DNA of 64,000 nucleotides, from the NCBI GenBank assembly GCA_963733505.1, contig CAVTDW010000017.1, positions 28,564 to 92,563 of the forward strand. The letters are read 5' to 3'. The position numbers and the translations under genes are program-made. Shown piece by piece: positions 1 through 12,697 of this stretch (positions are counted from its first letter, which is position 1; each line of letters begins with the position of its first letter). The notes below the pieces were generated by a model. That model saw nothing but the letters and a program-made list of their open reading frames with translations, ran no database searches and was not told the DNA's origin. This DNA comes from an uncultured Actinomycetota bacterium (GTDB taxonomy: Bacteria > Actinomycetota > Acidimicrobiia > Acidimicrobiales > Palsa-688).

Positions 1-390
1 CGGGTGTCGGCGTTCGCCAGCCTCAACCGGGAGCCGCTCACCGTCGAGCTGGCCGAGCAGGTGCTGTCGGACATCCTGGCCGCCGACCAGCCCCGCCAGA
101 TCACGCCCAAGGTGATCCTGGAGGCCACCGCCAGCACGTTCGGATTCACCGTCGACGAGCTGTGCGGGACCAGCCGCCGGCGCCCGCTGGTCAACGCTCG
201 CCAGATCAGCATGTACGTCTTCCGGGAGCTGACCGACTTCAGCTACCCGGCCATCGCCCGTGAGTTCGGGGGGCGGGACCATACGACGGTCATCCACGCG
301 GTCGCCAAGATCTCGCAGCTGATGAAGGAGCGCCGCCAGGTGTACGACCAGGCCACCCAGTTGATCCAGCGAGTCAGGGGCGGCGGGTGA
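1..390 (+). CDS. dnaA: Chromosomal replication initiator DnaA, C-terminal part (5'-truncated by the window edge)
   Basis: The ORF is open from base 1 (frame 1) to the stop at 390. The translation ...QISMYVFRELTDFSYPAIAREFGGRDHTTVIHAVAKISQLM... is the DnaA domain IV helix-turn-helix signature. It sits immediately upstream of dnaN. Confidence 0.9.
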   Translation, partial: RVSAFASLNREPLTVELAEQVLSDILAADQPRQITPKVILEATASTFGFTVDELCGTSRRRPLVNARQISMYVFRELTDFSYPAIAREFGGRDHTTVIHAVAKISQLMKERRQVYDQATQLIQRVRGGG

Positions 391-640
391 ACCCCGCGGC
401 CGGACGCGGTGGAGCTATCCGCGGTCCGGTGGATGTCACTGTGTCGGAGCCTTGTGGTTTCGGGGGATCGAGTGAGGACTGTCCACCGATGGTTCGCGTT
501 TCGGTCACACCCCTGTGGGAGTCTGGGGACATCGGCGGGATGACGCCGCTCCACCTGACCAGCACGGACAGGGTGTTGTCCACAATTCACAGCCCCTACT
601 ACTGCTGTTAACGAATTGAATTCATAATGATTGAGGAAGG
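391..640. promoter_or_regulatory. Candidate oriC (dnaA-dnaN intergenic region) with DnaA boxes and an AT-rich unwinding element
   Basis: There is a perfect TTGTCCACA box at 576-584, TGTCCACC at 482-489 and a CTGTGGGAG (reverse-box-like) at 522-530. Next to dnaN is an AT-rich stretch ctgttaacgaattgaattcataatgattga (about 598-630). Actinobacterial oriC normally lies between dnaA and dnaN. Confidence 0.55.
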
Positions 641-646
641 TTGCCG

Positions 647-1915
647 GTGAAGTTTCGATGCGAGCGTGACGTTCTGCTGGAGGCCCTCACGACTGCCGGT
701 CGGGCCATCGCCAGCCGCGGGGGCGCGTTGCCGGTGCTGTCGGGTGTGCGCCTGGAAACGGTGGGCGACGACCTGCGCGTGGTGGGCACCGATCTCGATC
801 TGACGATCCAGGTATCGGTCGGCGTTTCGGTGTCGACGCCGGGTGTGGTCGTCGCTCCGGGGCGCTTGGTCACCGACATCGTCCGGGCCCTCGACCCCGG
901 GGCGGTCACGGTGGAATCCGACAACGACGACGACGAGTTGCGGATCAGTTCGGGTCGCTCACATTTCGCGGTGCGGACCCATCCCGCCGGTGATTTCCCC
1001 CGCCTGCCCCCGATCTCGGGAGAAGCCGTGAGGCTGCCGGCGACGGGGCTGACCGAGGCGTTGCGCCAGGTCGTGCGGGCCGCCTCGAGCGAGGATTCCC
1101 GGCCCATCCTGACCGGTGTGCTGATGGCGGCTGAGCAGGGCGGGCTGCGGCTGGTGGCCACCGACTCCTACCGGCTGGCGGTGCGGGACCTCCCGGGGAT
1201 CGGCGTGCTGCGTGAGGACCAACACGTGCTCGTCCCGTCGCGGGCCTTGGCCGAACTGCAGCGGCTCCTGACGTCGGCCGCCAAGAACTCGGCCGCCGCG
1301 CCGCCACCGGTCGTGCCACCGCCCGTTGCGGATGCGCCGGCTGCCGAGGGGGCGGTCGTGACTGCGGACCCCGCTGGGCCCGACGCCGCCGCTGGGCCCG
1401 CCACGGCTGCTGGGCCCGACACGTCTAGCGCCGGCGAGGACGGTCCGGCCGCCATTCTGCGCCTGGGCGAGCACGACGCCACCTTCGAGTTGGGCTCGGT
1501 CAAGCTGACCACCCGGTTGATCGAAGGCGATTTCCCCAACTACCGGGCCCTCATCCCGAGCAACTACCCCAACAGCCTCATCGTCGGCCGCGACGCCCTA
1601 CTCGACGCGGTCCGGCGAGTGAAGCTCATGGTGCGCGACCCGACCACCCCGGTGCGCATCGCCATGCGCTCCGACGGCATCGAACTCACCGTCATCACCC
1701 AGGACTGGGGCCAGGCGACCGAGGAGGTCGACGCCAAGTACGAGGGGGCGGAGATGGTCGTCGCCTTCAACCCCAACTACCTGATCGACGGCGTCGAGGC
1801 AATCACGAGCGACGAGGTCCAGCTGGAAACCCTCGACGCCCTCAAGCCGGCCACGTTGAAGCCGACGGAGGGGTCCGGCTACCTCTACCTCCTGATGCCC
1901 GTTCGGGTGTCCTGA
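647..1915 (+). CDS. dnaN: DNA polymerase III beta sliding clamp, carrying an unusual roughly 50-aa Pro/Ala-rich internal insertion
   Basis: The GTG at 647 gives MKFRCERDVLLEAL..., matching E. coli DnaN MKFTVEREHLL. The ribosome-binding site gaggaagg is at 634-640, and the ORF is clamp-like throughout. The track ORF starts at TTG 641. Confidence 0.93.
   Translation: MKFRCERDVLLEALTTAGRAIASRGGALPVLSGVRLETVGDDLRVVGTDLDLTIQVSVGVSVSTPGVVVAPGRLVTDIVRALDPGAVTVESDNDDDELRISSGRSHFAVRTHPAGDFPRLPPISGEAVRLPATGLTEALRQVVRAASSEDSRPILTGVLMAAEQGGLRLVATDSYRLAVRDLPGIGVLREDQHVLVPSRALAELQRLLTSAAKNSAAAPPPVVPPPVADAPAAEGAVVTADPAGPDAAAGPATAAGPDTSSAGEDGPAAILRLGEHDATFELGSVKLTTRLIEGDFPNYRALIPSNYPNSLIVGRDALLDAVRRVKLMVRDPTTPVRIAMRSDGIELTVITQDWGQATEEVDAKYEGAEMVVAFNPNYLIDGVEAITSDEVQLETLDALKPATLKPTEGSGYLYLLMPVRVS
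1371..1424 (+). repeat. Three 18-bp in-frame tandem repeats inside dnaN (gctgggcccgNcNcNgcN), encoding AGPDAA/AGPATA/AGPDTS
   Basis: Read directly from the sequence: gctgggcccgacgccgcc, gctgggcccgccacggct, gctgggcccgacacgtct. They lie inside the Pro/Ala-rich DnaN insert. Confidence 0.8.
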
Positions 1916-1958
1916 GCGGCGTCGGTCGCTCTCGCTCGAACACGGGAGGCCATCTCGG

Positions 1959-3041
1959 GTGCACCTCGACCGCCTGTGGATCACCGACTTCCGCAACTAC
2001 CACACTGCGGAGCTGGCGCCCGCCCCAACCGGGTTGACGGTCATCGTCGGCAACAACGGCGAAGGCAAGACCAACCTGCTCGAAGCGGTCGGATACCTCG
2101 CCACACTGCGCTCGTTTCGGGGGGCGCCCCCCGAGGCCCTCGTTCGCGTCGGCGCCGACCAGGCGATCGTTCGGGCCGAGGCCGACCGGGACGGCCGGCG
2201 GCTCCTGATCGAGGCCGAGCTGCGGCCCAACGGTCGGGACCGGGTGCAGGTCAACCGCCAGCCCCTCCGGCGGGCCCGGGACCTGCTGGGCGCCCTGCAG
2301 GTCACCGTCTTCGCGCCCGATGACCTGGCGCTGATCAAGGCCGGGCCCCAGGGCCGGCGTGACTACCTCGACGACCTCCTCGTCGCCCTCCACCCCCGCC
2401 ACGACGCGCTCCGAAGCGACCTGGACAGGATCCTCAAGCAGCGCAATGCCCTGCTCAAACAGGCCGGCGGCAACCCCCGCCCGGCTGCCGACATCATCAC
2501 GACGCTCGACGTCTGGGATCAGAAACTGGCCGAGACCGGCACCGCGGTCGCCGAGGCCCGTGCCGGCCTCCTGCTCAGCCTCGGGCCCGAGTTGGCGGCG
2601 GTCTACGACCGCGTGGCCGAGCGGGCGGCCCACGTGACGGTCGGCTACCAGCGCAGCTGGGACGGCCCGCTGGCCTCCGCCCTGGCCGCGGCCCGGGGCG
2701 ACGACCTGCGCCGCGGCGTCACCACGCTCGGGCCGCAGCGCGACGACCTGATCGTGGGCTTGGGGGGCCTGCCGTCGCGCACCCACGCCTCCCAGGGCGA
2801 GCAACGCGCCCTGGCCCTGGCCCTGCGCCTGGCCGGACACCTCCTCGTGACCCACGAGCTGGGTGGGCCGCCGCTGCTGCTGCTCGACGACGTGTTCTCC
2901 GAGCTCGACGCCGACCGCTCGGACGCCCTACTCGACTCACTCCCGCCCGGCCAGGCCCTCGTCACCACCGCGGGAGAGTTGCCGGCGCACGCTCGCCCGG
3001 CGCTGGTCGTTCGGGTGGAGGGGGGAAAAATCCTCCCGTGA
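1959..3041 (+). CDS. recF: DNA replication and repair protein RecF
   Basis: The GTG start gives MHLDRLWITDFRNY...VGNNGEGKTNLLEAV (Walker A) and a C-terminal ...LLLLDDVFSELD (Walker B/D-loop). Gene order is dnaN-recF. Confidence 0.93.
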   Translation: MHLDRLWITDFRNYHTAELAPAPTGLTVIVGNNGEGKTNLLEAVGYLATLRSFRGAPPEALVRVGADQAIVRAEADRDGRRLLIEAELRPNGRDRVQVNRQPLRRARDLLGALQVTVFAPDDLALIKAGPQGRRDYLDDLLVALHPRHDALRSDLDRILKQRNALLKQAGGNPRPAADIITTLDVWDQKLAETGTAVAEARAGLLLSLGPELAAVYDRVAERAAHVTVGYQRSWDGPLASALAAARGDDLRRGVTTLGPQRDDLIVGLGGLPSRTHASQGEQRALALALRLAGHLLVTHELGGPPLLLLDDVFSELDADRSDALLDSLPPGQALVTTAGELPAHARPALVVRVEGGKILP

Positions 3042-3066
3042 CGCCGGTAGTCGCCGTGGTGGGGGA

Positions 3067-3507
3067 GTGGGCGTGGCCCGTAGGGAGCCCGGCCGCGGCG
3101 CGCCGCGAGCGGGCAAGCGCACTCGAGCGCCGCCGCCGTTCCACCACGGCGCGCGCCGGTTGGCGGTCGGTGTGAGCCCCTGGAAACCACTGCCCGGGGA
3201 GGCGCCGGAGCCCCGGCCCGTGGGGGACTCGCTCCCCAGGCTGGCCCGATCGCTGGGCGCGCCGACGCCCTCGGAGTTGAGCGCCATCTTCTCCCGGTGG
3301 GACGAGATCGTCGGGCCCGCGATCGCCGCCGAGGCGTGGCCGCTGCAGGTCAAAGACGGGGTGTTGCGGCTCGGTGTCGAGCATCCCGCGTGGGCGACGC
3401 AACTGATGTTCCTGGCCCCTGAGTTGGTGCGAAAGGTGACATCGGCGACGGGCGAAACAGGGGTTCACAAAATCGAGGTGAAAGTGGTGCCACGGCGCCC
3501 GAAGTGA
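3067..3507 (+). CDS. DUF721-like protein in the conserved recF-gyrB spacer
   Basis: The C-terminal WDEIVGPAIAAEAWPLQVKDGVLRLGVEHPAWATQLMFLAPELVRKV is typical of the DUF721 protein found between recF and gyrB. The start is uncertain: in-frame GTGs occur at 3067, 3073 and 3172. The track ORF from 2863 overlaps recF. Confidence 0.65.
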   Translation: MGVARREPGRGAPRAGKRTRAPPPFHHGARRLAVGVSPWKPLPGEAPEPRPVGDSLPRLARSLGAPTPSELSAIFSRWDEIVGPAIAAEAWPLQVKDGVLRLGVEHPAWATQLMFLAPELVRKVTSATGETGVHKIEVKVVPRRPK

Positions 3508-3619
3508 CCGCCTGTCACACCCTGTCTGGTAAACTACAACGGTCGCGTTTCTTGGCCTTGACCTGCTGTTTTTCGGCTAGAGACGCCCCCTATCCACGAA
3601 GTCAGACGAGGTCGCGTTC

Positions 3620-5576
3620 ATGGCGATGCAAGCACGAATTGAGGACACGGACCCGAGGCGCGTCCAAGGGTCCTACAGCGCCAAGGATATGGCGGTCCTC
3701 GAGGGGTTGGACCCGGTCCGAAAGCGGCCCGGCATGTACATCGGTTCGACCGGCCTGACCGGCCTGCACCACTTGGTGTGGGAGGTCGTCGACAACTCCG
3801 TCGACGAGGCGATGGCGGGCTACTGCGACCACATCGACGTGACCTTGCTCGGCGACGGGGGCTGCCGGGTGGTCGACAACGGGCGGGGCATCCCCATCGA
3901 CATCAACCCCCAGTACAAGATCTCCGGCGTCGAGATCGCCTTGACCAAGCTGCACGGCGGGGGCAAGTTCGGCGGCCAGGGTTACAAGGTCTCGGGCGGC
4001 CTCCACGGTGTTGGGGTATCGGTTGTCAACGCCTTGTCGAGCCGGCTGGTGGTCGAGGTGGACCGAGACGGGCAGCGGTACCGGATGGAGTTCGCCGACG
4101 GCGGCAAGGTGACCGCCAAGCTGGCGGTCGTGGGCCCCGCCCCCCGGGGGCGCCAGGGCACCATCGTCACCTTCTGGCCCGACGCCAAGATCTTCGAGGA
4201 CACCCAGTTCCGGGCCCAGACCATCGTCGAGCGCCTCCAGGTGTACGCCTTCTTGAACGCCGGTCTCGAGATCCGTTTCACCGACAAGCGTGAAGGCCAC
4301 GACCACACGCCGATCACCTACCAGTACGCCGGCGGCATCATCGACTTCGTCGGCCACCTCAACGCGTCCAAGGAGGCGCTGTTCAAGCGGGTCGCCCACT
4401 TCGACGCGGCCGAGGACGACGGCGAGGTGTCGGTCGCCCTGCAATGGAACACCGGGTACTACGAGGGGATCCACAGCTTCGCCAACGGCATCTCGACCAA
4501 CGAGGGCGGGATGCACGAGGAGGGCTTCAAGAAGGCCCTGACGGCGGTCATCAACCGCTACGCCCGGGCCAAGGGGGCCCTCAAGGAGAAGGACGAAAAC
4601 CTGCTCGGTGAGGACATCCGCGAGGGCCTCACCGCCATCGTGTCGGTCAAGCTCCGCGATCCGCAGTTCGAGGGGCAGACCAAGGCCAAGTTGGGCAACG
4701 TTCCCATGCGTTCGCTGGTCGAACGGGCGACCAACGAGAAGCTGGCCGAGTGGCTGGAGGAGCACCCCAACGAGGGCCGTCAGATCCTCGCCAAGGCGGT
4801 CCAGGCGGCCCGGGCCCGGGTAGCCGCCCGCTCGGCGCGCGATGCCACCCGGCGCAAGTCGGCCCTGGAGGGCGCGGGGCTCCCGGGCAAGCTGACCGAC
4901 TGCCGTACCAAGAACGCACACGAAGCGGAGCTGTTCATCGTCGAGGGCGACTCAGCGGGCGGCTCCGCCATCCGGGCCCGCAACCCCGAGTACCAGGCCA
5001 TCCTGCCCATCCGGGGCAAGATCTTGAACGTCGAGCGGGCCCGCATCGACCGCATGCTCAAGAACAACGAGATCCAGGCGCTCATCTCGGCCATCGGTGC
5101 CGGGCTGGGCGACGACTTCGACGCCGGCAAGACCCGGTACGGCAAGGTCATCATCCTGGCCGACGCCGATGTGGACGGCAGCCACATCCGGACGTTGCTG
5201 CTCACCTTTTTCTTCCGCCAGATGCGTCCGCTCATCGAAGGCGGCCACGTCTTCGCGGCCCAGCCGCCGCTGTTCTCGACGCTCGTGGGCAAGGAGAAGA
5301 TCGTACCTGAAGGACGAGGTGGCCCGGCAGCGATTCCTCGACGAGCACCCCAACCACAAGAACGAGTTCAACCGCCTGAAGGGCCTGGGCGAGATGGACT
5401 GGAACGAACTCGGTGACACGACCATGAACCGCGACCACCGGACCCTGCTACGCATCGACGTCGAGCAGGCGGCGATCGCCGACGAGGTGTGCAGCATCTT
5501 GATGGGCGACGACGTCGAGTTGCGCAAGCACTTCATCACCACCAACGCCGGCGACGTCCGGTTCCTCGACATTTAG
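3620..5576 (+). CDS. gyrB: DNA gyrase subunit B, with an apparent 1-nt frame break near 5285-5300
   Basis: The N-terminal five-sixths lie in ORF 3620-5416 (LEGLDPVRKRPGMYIGSTG, HHLVWEVVDN, QTKAKLGN, AQPPLF). The conserved C-terminus (NRLKGLGEMDWNELGDTTM...ILMGDDVELRKHFITTNAGDVRFLDI) lies in the +1 frame and ends at 5576. Confidence 0.9.
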
Positions 5577-5587
5577 GCAGCGCGCTG

Positions 5588-8112
<2,525 letters not shown>

Positions 8113-8136
8113 TGGCTTCCGGCCCCCAGCCGGCCG

Positions 8137-8964
8137 TTGACGGCACCAGCTCGGGGGCCACCGGGCCTGCGTTCGCGTCGCCTGCACCTGCAGCTCCGCC
8201 TGCATCTGCATCTCCGCTTGGGCCTGCACCTGCAGCTCCGCCTGCGTCCGCCTCAGAGCGGGCCCAGATCGGCCGAGCAGCGCCGGCCGGTCGGCGAGGC
8301 CGGCAACGGGGCTCGCCCAGCTCGCTCCGCCCCGGCGCACGCCATCGGTCGGGCCGCGCCGGCACCGCCATCCCAGGCTCCGACCCAGCGCCAACCGGCC
8401 GTACCGGGGCCGCCCGCAGGCGGAGGATCACAGCTTCGGGTGGGCCGGGCCCTTCCGCCGACTGCGAGGCGTCCCCCCCGGCAGCGGGTTCCTCGTCAAC
8501 GGTCGCCCCGGCCGCGATCCGACGCGCGGCCCCGCGTGGTGCAGGGCCGCCGCACCCGCCGGGTGGTCCGCAAGATCGACGTGTGGACGGTCCTCAAGAT
8601 GTCGATCTTGTTCTACCTCTGTGTCCTGCTGGTGTTCCTGGTGGCGGGGATCGTGTTGTGGAACATCGCCCAGGCGTTCGACGTCATCCACAGTGTCGAG
8701 AAGTTCGTGCGGTCGATCCTCGACCTGCAGAAGTTCACCTTCCACCCCGGCGTGGTCCTGCAGTCCTACCTGTTTGGCGGGGCCATCCTGGTCCTGCTCG
8801 GGACAGGGGCCAACGTCCTGGCGGCGCTGCTGTACAACCTCATCAGCGACGTGGTCGGCGGGGTGCAGTTCATCGTGCTTGAGGAGATGGCGCCGCCGCA
8901 GCCGCCGCCACCGCCGCCTGAACGACGAGCTCCCGTCGACGGGATTGAGGGAAGGTCCGGATAG
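8137..8964 (+). CDS. DUF3566 membrane protein (Rv0007-like) downstream of gyrA
   Basis: The C-terminal VRKIDVWTVLKMSILFYLCVLLVFLVAG...ALLYNLISDVVGGVQFIVLEE matches the conserved DUF3566 core. The start is ambiguous: TTG 8137, or GTG 8112 overlapping the gyrA stop (taGTG) in another frame. GC3 favours the 8137 frame across 8180-8250. Confidence 0.7.
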   Translation: MTAPARGPPGLRSRRLHLQLRLHLHLRLGLHLQLRLRPPQSGPRSAEQRRPVGEAGNGARPARSAPAHAIGRAAPAPPSQAPTQRQPAVPGPPAGGGSQLRVGRALPPTARRPPRQRVPRQRSPRPRSDARPRVVQGRRTRRVVRKIDVWTVLKMSILFYLCVLLVFLVAGIVLWNIAQAFDVIHSVEKFVRSILDLQKFTFHPGVVLQSYLFGGAILVLLGTGANVLAALLYNLISDVVGGVQFIVLEEMAPPQPPPPPPERRAPVDGIEGRSG

Positions 8965-9012
8965 CAGGCGGAGTATGCTGCCCGAGCTTGGTCCCGACCC
9001 GGGGGACCGTCC

Positions 9013-9086
9013 GGGGCTATAGCTCAGCTGGTTAGAGCGCAGCACTGATAATGCTGAGGTCGATGGTTCGAGTCCATCTAGCCCCA
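9013..9086 (+). tRNA. tRNA-Ile (anticodon GAT)
   Basis: GGGGCTATAGCTCAGCTGGTTAGAGCGCAGCACTGATAATGCTGAGGTCGATGGTTCGAGTCCATCTAGCCCCA folds as a cloverleaf with acceptor GGGGCTA/TAGCCCC and anticodon loop CTGATAA. No CCA is encoded. Confidence 0.9.
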
Positions 9087-9500
9087 CTGCCTGGACCGGC
9101 GAAAGCGCTGGTCCTGGCCGGTGTGCGGACCGGATGTGACCGCTGGTGCCCGCAGCTGTTCGGTTCGTCCCCGTGCGACGGGCACGCAGCCGTCAATGGT
9201 CGGGACGACCTGCCCCGGCGAAAGAGCGAGCGACCTGCGCGCTCGGATGGTGTGGGGGTCGTGTGCTCCCGCGTCCTGCCGACGAGTACCGCCACCTCAC
9301 CGAGTTCACCGTCGGGCACGTCCTCCAGCCGGGCTATGACTATGGCGACGAGTTCGAATTCGGACTCGACCTGATCCTCGACGGCATCGAAAGGACCTGG
9401 GAAGCGCCTGAATGTATACGCGTGGCGAGACGCCCCATGCTGCCGCTCGGCGCGGTAACCCCGGACGGCACTCTGCGCGTCCGGTTGGCGGCTGTCGATT

Positions 9501-12221
9501 GTGACCGGTCCTCTGCTCGAGACGAAGTTCCACGTGCCGACGCGGCGGCGGGGGCTGGTCACGCGTGCCCGGCTGAACGAGGGCTTGCGCCGTGCGGGTG
9601 AGACAGCGCTGACGCTCGTGTCGGCCCCGGCCGGGTTCGGCAAAACGACCCTGCTCACCGATTGGTTGACATCCGCTCCTTCCGATGGACGTAGTGCCGC
9701 GTGGCTCTCACTCGACCAGAGCGACAACGACCCAGCGTTATTCTGGGCGTACTTCATCGCGGCGCTGAGGACGGCGGCGCCCGGGGTCGGCGAAGGCGCG
9801 CTGGCGCTGTTGTCTTCGACGGAGTCGCCGACGGAAGCATTCGTCGTGACGCTGCTCAATGAACTCGCCGCCGTCTCTGACGCGGTCGTGGTGGTGCTCG
9901 ACGACTACCACGTCATCGAGGAGGCCCAAATCCGCGACGGGATGGCCTACCTGGTGGAGCACCTCCCGGCGCAGATCCGGCTGGTCATCGCCAGTCGGGC
10001 CGACCCGGCGTTGCCGCTGGCGCGTCTTCGAGCGCGCGGCGAGCTCGTCGAGATCCGGGCCGTCGATCTTCGCTTCACGCTGGACGAGGCCGGTGCCTAT
10101 CTCAACGAGGTGATGGGGCTGGACCTGACGCCTGGCGAGGTGACCACTTTGGAGGGACGTACCGAAGGATGGATCGCCGCGCTCCAACTGGCAGCGCTGT
10201 CGATGCAGGGACGAGACGACGCTGCCGGCTTCATCGCCGGGTTCGCCGGCGACGACCGCTACGTCGTGGACTACCTGGTCGGGGAGGTGTTGCAGCGTCA
10301 GCCGGAGCATGTCCGGACCTTTCTGCTCCAGACGTCGATTCTGAGGCGGCTGAACGGCTCGCTGTGCGATGCCGTGACGGGCGAGGACGGCGGTCGGGCC
10401 ATGCTCGAAGCCCTCGATCGGGGGAACCTGTTCTTGGTCCCGCTCGACAACCGGCGTCTTTGGTACCGCTATCACCATCTCTTCGCGGACGTGCTGCGGG
10501 CCCGGCTGCTCGACGAGCAGCCCGACGAGGTCCACGCACTGCATCGGCGTGCGAGCGACTGGTACGCCCAAAGCGGTGATCAGGCGGCGGCGATCGGCCA
10601 CGCGTTGGACGGTGAAGACTTCGGGCGAGCGGCGGACCTTATTGAAATGGCCGCAAGGCCCGCGTTCCAAGCTCGACAGGAGGCTACGTTTCGCCGCTGG
10701 CTGGAGGCGCTTCCCGAGGAACTGTTTCGCAGCAGGCCCGTGCTCGCGATCGCACTCGTCGCCGCGCAGATGGCCAGGGGCGACGTCGAAGGCGTGGAAT
10801 CGCGGCTCCAGGACATCGAGTACTGCCTCGAGGCGACGGTGATGACGTCGCCGGACCGTGCGGGCGGCGCCTCGACGTCGATGGTCGTGATTGACCACGA
10901 ACTGTTCCGCCGGCTCCCCAACCAGATCGCCGTCTACCGGGCCGGCATAGCCCTGCTGCGCGGCGACGCCGCCGGCACTATCGCCCATGCCAGCCGAGCG
11001 CTCGAGGTCGCCGCCGAGGACGATCACCTCGGCCATGGCTCGGCGGCCGCCCTGCTCGCACTCGCGCGCTGGACCCAAGGCGATCTCGACGGCGCACACC
11101 GCCGGTACACCGACGCACTGCCGAGCCTGGAGAAGGCGGGGCATCTCTCGGACGCACTCGGTCTTTCCCTCGCTCTCGCGGACATCCTGATCGCGCAAGG
11201 CCGCCTGGGCGACGCCATGAGCACCTACCGGCGCGGACTGAAGGTTGCAGCCGGGCGAGCGCCGCTGGTGTTGAGGGGCGAGGCGGACATGCAGGTCGGC
11301 ATGAGCGAACTGTTCCGCGAACACAACGATCTGGAGGCGGCCCTCCGGCACCTCCAGATCGGCACAGAGCTCGGCGAACACGCCGGTCTCCCGCAGAACG
11401 CGTACCGGTCGCGGGTCGCGCTGGCCCGGATACGCCAAGTCGAAGGAGACCTGGCCAGTGCCGAGGATCTGCTCGACGAAGCCGAGCGTGTCTACACGGG
11501 CGACTACTCGCCCGATGTGCGGCCGGTCGCGGCGGTACGGGCACGGCTCTACCTTGCGCAGGGCAGGGTCGGTGACGCGCTCGCCTGGGCGCGTGAGCGG
11601 CACATCTGGGCTACCGACACGCTCACCTATCTCCACGAGTTCGAGCACATCACCCTGGCCAGGATCCTCCTCGCCCAGCACACCACCGAGCGCGCCGAGG
11701 GTCCGAAGCCTGACGCGACCGAGCTGCTGGAGCGCCTCCTGGCAGAAGCGGAGGACGGGAATCGCAGGGGGAGCGCCATCGAGATCATGGTGCTGCAAGC
11801 GCTCGACCACCAAGCACGAGACAACGTCCCCGCCGCGCGGGCGGCGCTTGAACAGGCGCTGACGCTGGCCGAACCGGAAGACTACGTCCGAGTCTTCATC
11901 GACGAGGGCCCACCGATGACCGCCCTGCTTCGTGCTGCCGCGCCACACGGGCGATTGCGCGGTTACGTCCGCCACCTCCTCGCAGCGGACAGCGCGAAGG
12001 CACGCCCAGCGCCGGCCCAACGGGGTTTGATCGAGCCGTTGAGCGAGCGCGAGCTCCAAGTTCTCCGGCTGCTGCGCACGGACCTCAGCGGGCCGGACAT
12101 CGCTCGCGAACTCACGGTCTCGCTCAACACCATCCGCACCCACACCAAGAGCATTTTCACCAAGCTGAGCGTCAACAACCGTCGGGCGGCCGTCCGCAGA
12201 GCCGAGGAACTCGACCTCTAG
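9501..12221 (+). CDS. LAL-subfamily LuxR transcriptional regulator (N-terminal AAA ATPase, TPR-like middle, C-terminal LuxR HTH)
   Basis: The GTG start gives [25 protein letters not shown]. There is a Walker A motif [14 protein letters not shown], and the C-terminal [43 protein letters not shown] is a LuxR-type HTH. It is 906 aa long. Confidence 0.9.
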   Translation: MTGPLLETKFHVPTRRRGLVTRARLNEGLRRAGETALTLVSAPAGFGKTTLLTDWLTSAPSDGRSAAWLSLDQSDNDPALFWAYFIAALRTAAPGVGEGALALLSSTESPTEAFVVTLLNELAAVSDAVVVVLDDYHVIEEAQIRDGMAYLVEHLPAQIRLVIASRADPALPLARLRARGELVEIRAVDLRFTLDEAGAYLNEVMGLDLTPGEVTTLEGRTEGWIAALQLAALSMQGRDDAAGFIAGFAGDDRYVVDYLVGEVLQRQPEHVRTFLLQTSILRRLNGSLCDAVTGEDGGRAMLEALDRGNLFLVPLDNRRLWYRYHHLFADVLRARLLDEQPDEVHALHRRASDWYAQSGDQAAAIGHALDGEDFGRAADLIEMAARPAFQARQEATFRRWLEALPEELFRSRPVLAIALVAAQMARGDVEGVESRLQDIEYCLEATVMTSPDRAGGASTSMVVIDHELFRRLPNQIAVYRAGIALLRGDAAGTIAHASRALEVAAEDDHLGHGSAAALLALARWTQGDLDGAHRRYTDALPSLEKAGHLSDALGLSLALADILIAQGRLGDAMSTYRRGLKVAAGRAPLVLRGEADMQVGMSELFREHNDLEAALRHLQIGTELGEHAGLPQNAYRSRVALARIRQVEGDLASAEDLLDEAERVYTGDYSPDVRPVAAVRARLYLAQGRVGDALAWARERHIWATDTLTYLHEFEHITLARILLAQHTTERAEGPKPDATELLERLLAEAEDGNRRGSAIEIMVLQALDHQARDNVPAARAALEQALTLAEPEDYVRVFIDEGPPMTALLRAAAPHGRLRGYVRHLLAADSAKARPAPAQRGLIEPLSERELQVLRLLRTDLSGPDIARELTVSLNTIRTHTKSIFTKLSVNNRRAAVRRAEELDL

Positions 12222-12330
12222 CGGACGCCTTTCACGGCCAGCGCTCACGGGGCTATACCGCTGAATCGGCCGCCGAACTCGGTGCGCCCCGACGCTCGTC
12301 TCCCGAATAACCCGCCGACAACCACAACAT

Positions 12331-12696
12331 GTGGTGATTACGACTCACCACATCGGGGCGCACAGTCCGAGTGTGACCAACGACAACGGCATCACCCGTT
12401 CCCCGAGTGGCGCTTCGGATGCTGATCACACCGACATCCCGCAGTACGAGATCCGCGTCAAGGGACATCTCGGGCTCCGGTGGGCGGCGTGGTTCGACGG
12501 GCTGCGCCTCACCGCCCTCGACGACGGCACCACCGTCATCTCCGGCCCCGTAGTCGACCAGGCGGCGCTGCACGGCTTGCTCCACAAGCTGCGCGACGTC
12601 GGCATCCCGCTCGTCTCGCTCGTCCTGATCCCACCAGACGCACCCGCTGCATCAACCGTCGCGCCACCCGCGCCCCGAACTCCGGAAGGTAACTGA
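12331..12696 (+). CDS. Small conserved hypothetical protein (YEIRVxG...DQAALHGLL motif) that commonly partners DUF4386
   Basis: The core ...IPQYEIRVKGHLGLRWAAWFDGLRLTALDDGTTVISGPVVDQAALHGLLHKLRDVGIPLVSL resembles a widespread actinobacterial small-protein family. Its stop lies 1 nt before the next gene. The true start may be the internal GTG at 12373. Confidence 0.55.
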   Translation: MVITTHHIGAHSPSVTNDNGITRSPSGASDADHTDIPQYEIRVKGHLGLRWAAWFDGLRLTALDDGTTVISGPVVDQAALHGLLHKLRDVGIPLVSLVLIPPDAPAASTVAPPAPRTPEGN

Positions 12697-12697
12697 C

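Noticed and set aside
9032-9859. 275-aa minus-strand ORF overlapping tRNA-Ile and the LuxR gene start; also plus ORF 9146-9601
   Set aside because: It overlaps a tRNA and a well-supported CDS. The plus ORF 9146-9601 has a short plausible stretch ([26 protein letters not shown]) but no start-site or RBS support and it overlaps the LuxR start. It is possibly a gene remnant at the island border, but I left it uncalled.
9738-12248. 836-aa minus-strand ORF antisense to the LuxR/LAL regulator
   Set aside because: It is a shadow ORF. The plus-strand frame has clear Walker A and LuxR HTH motifs and the antisense has none.
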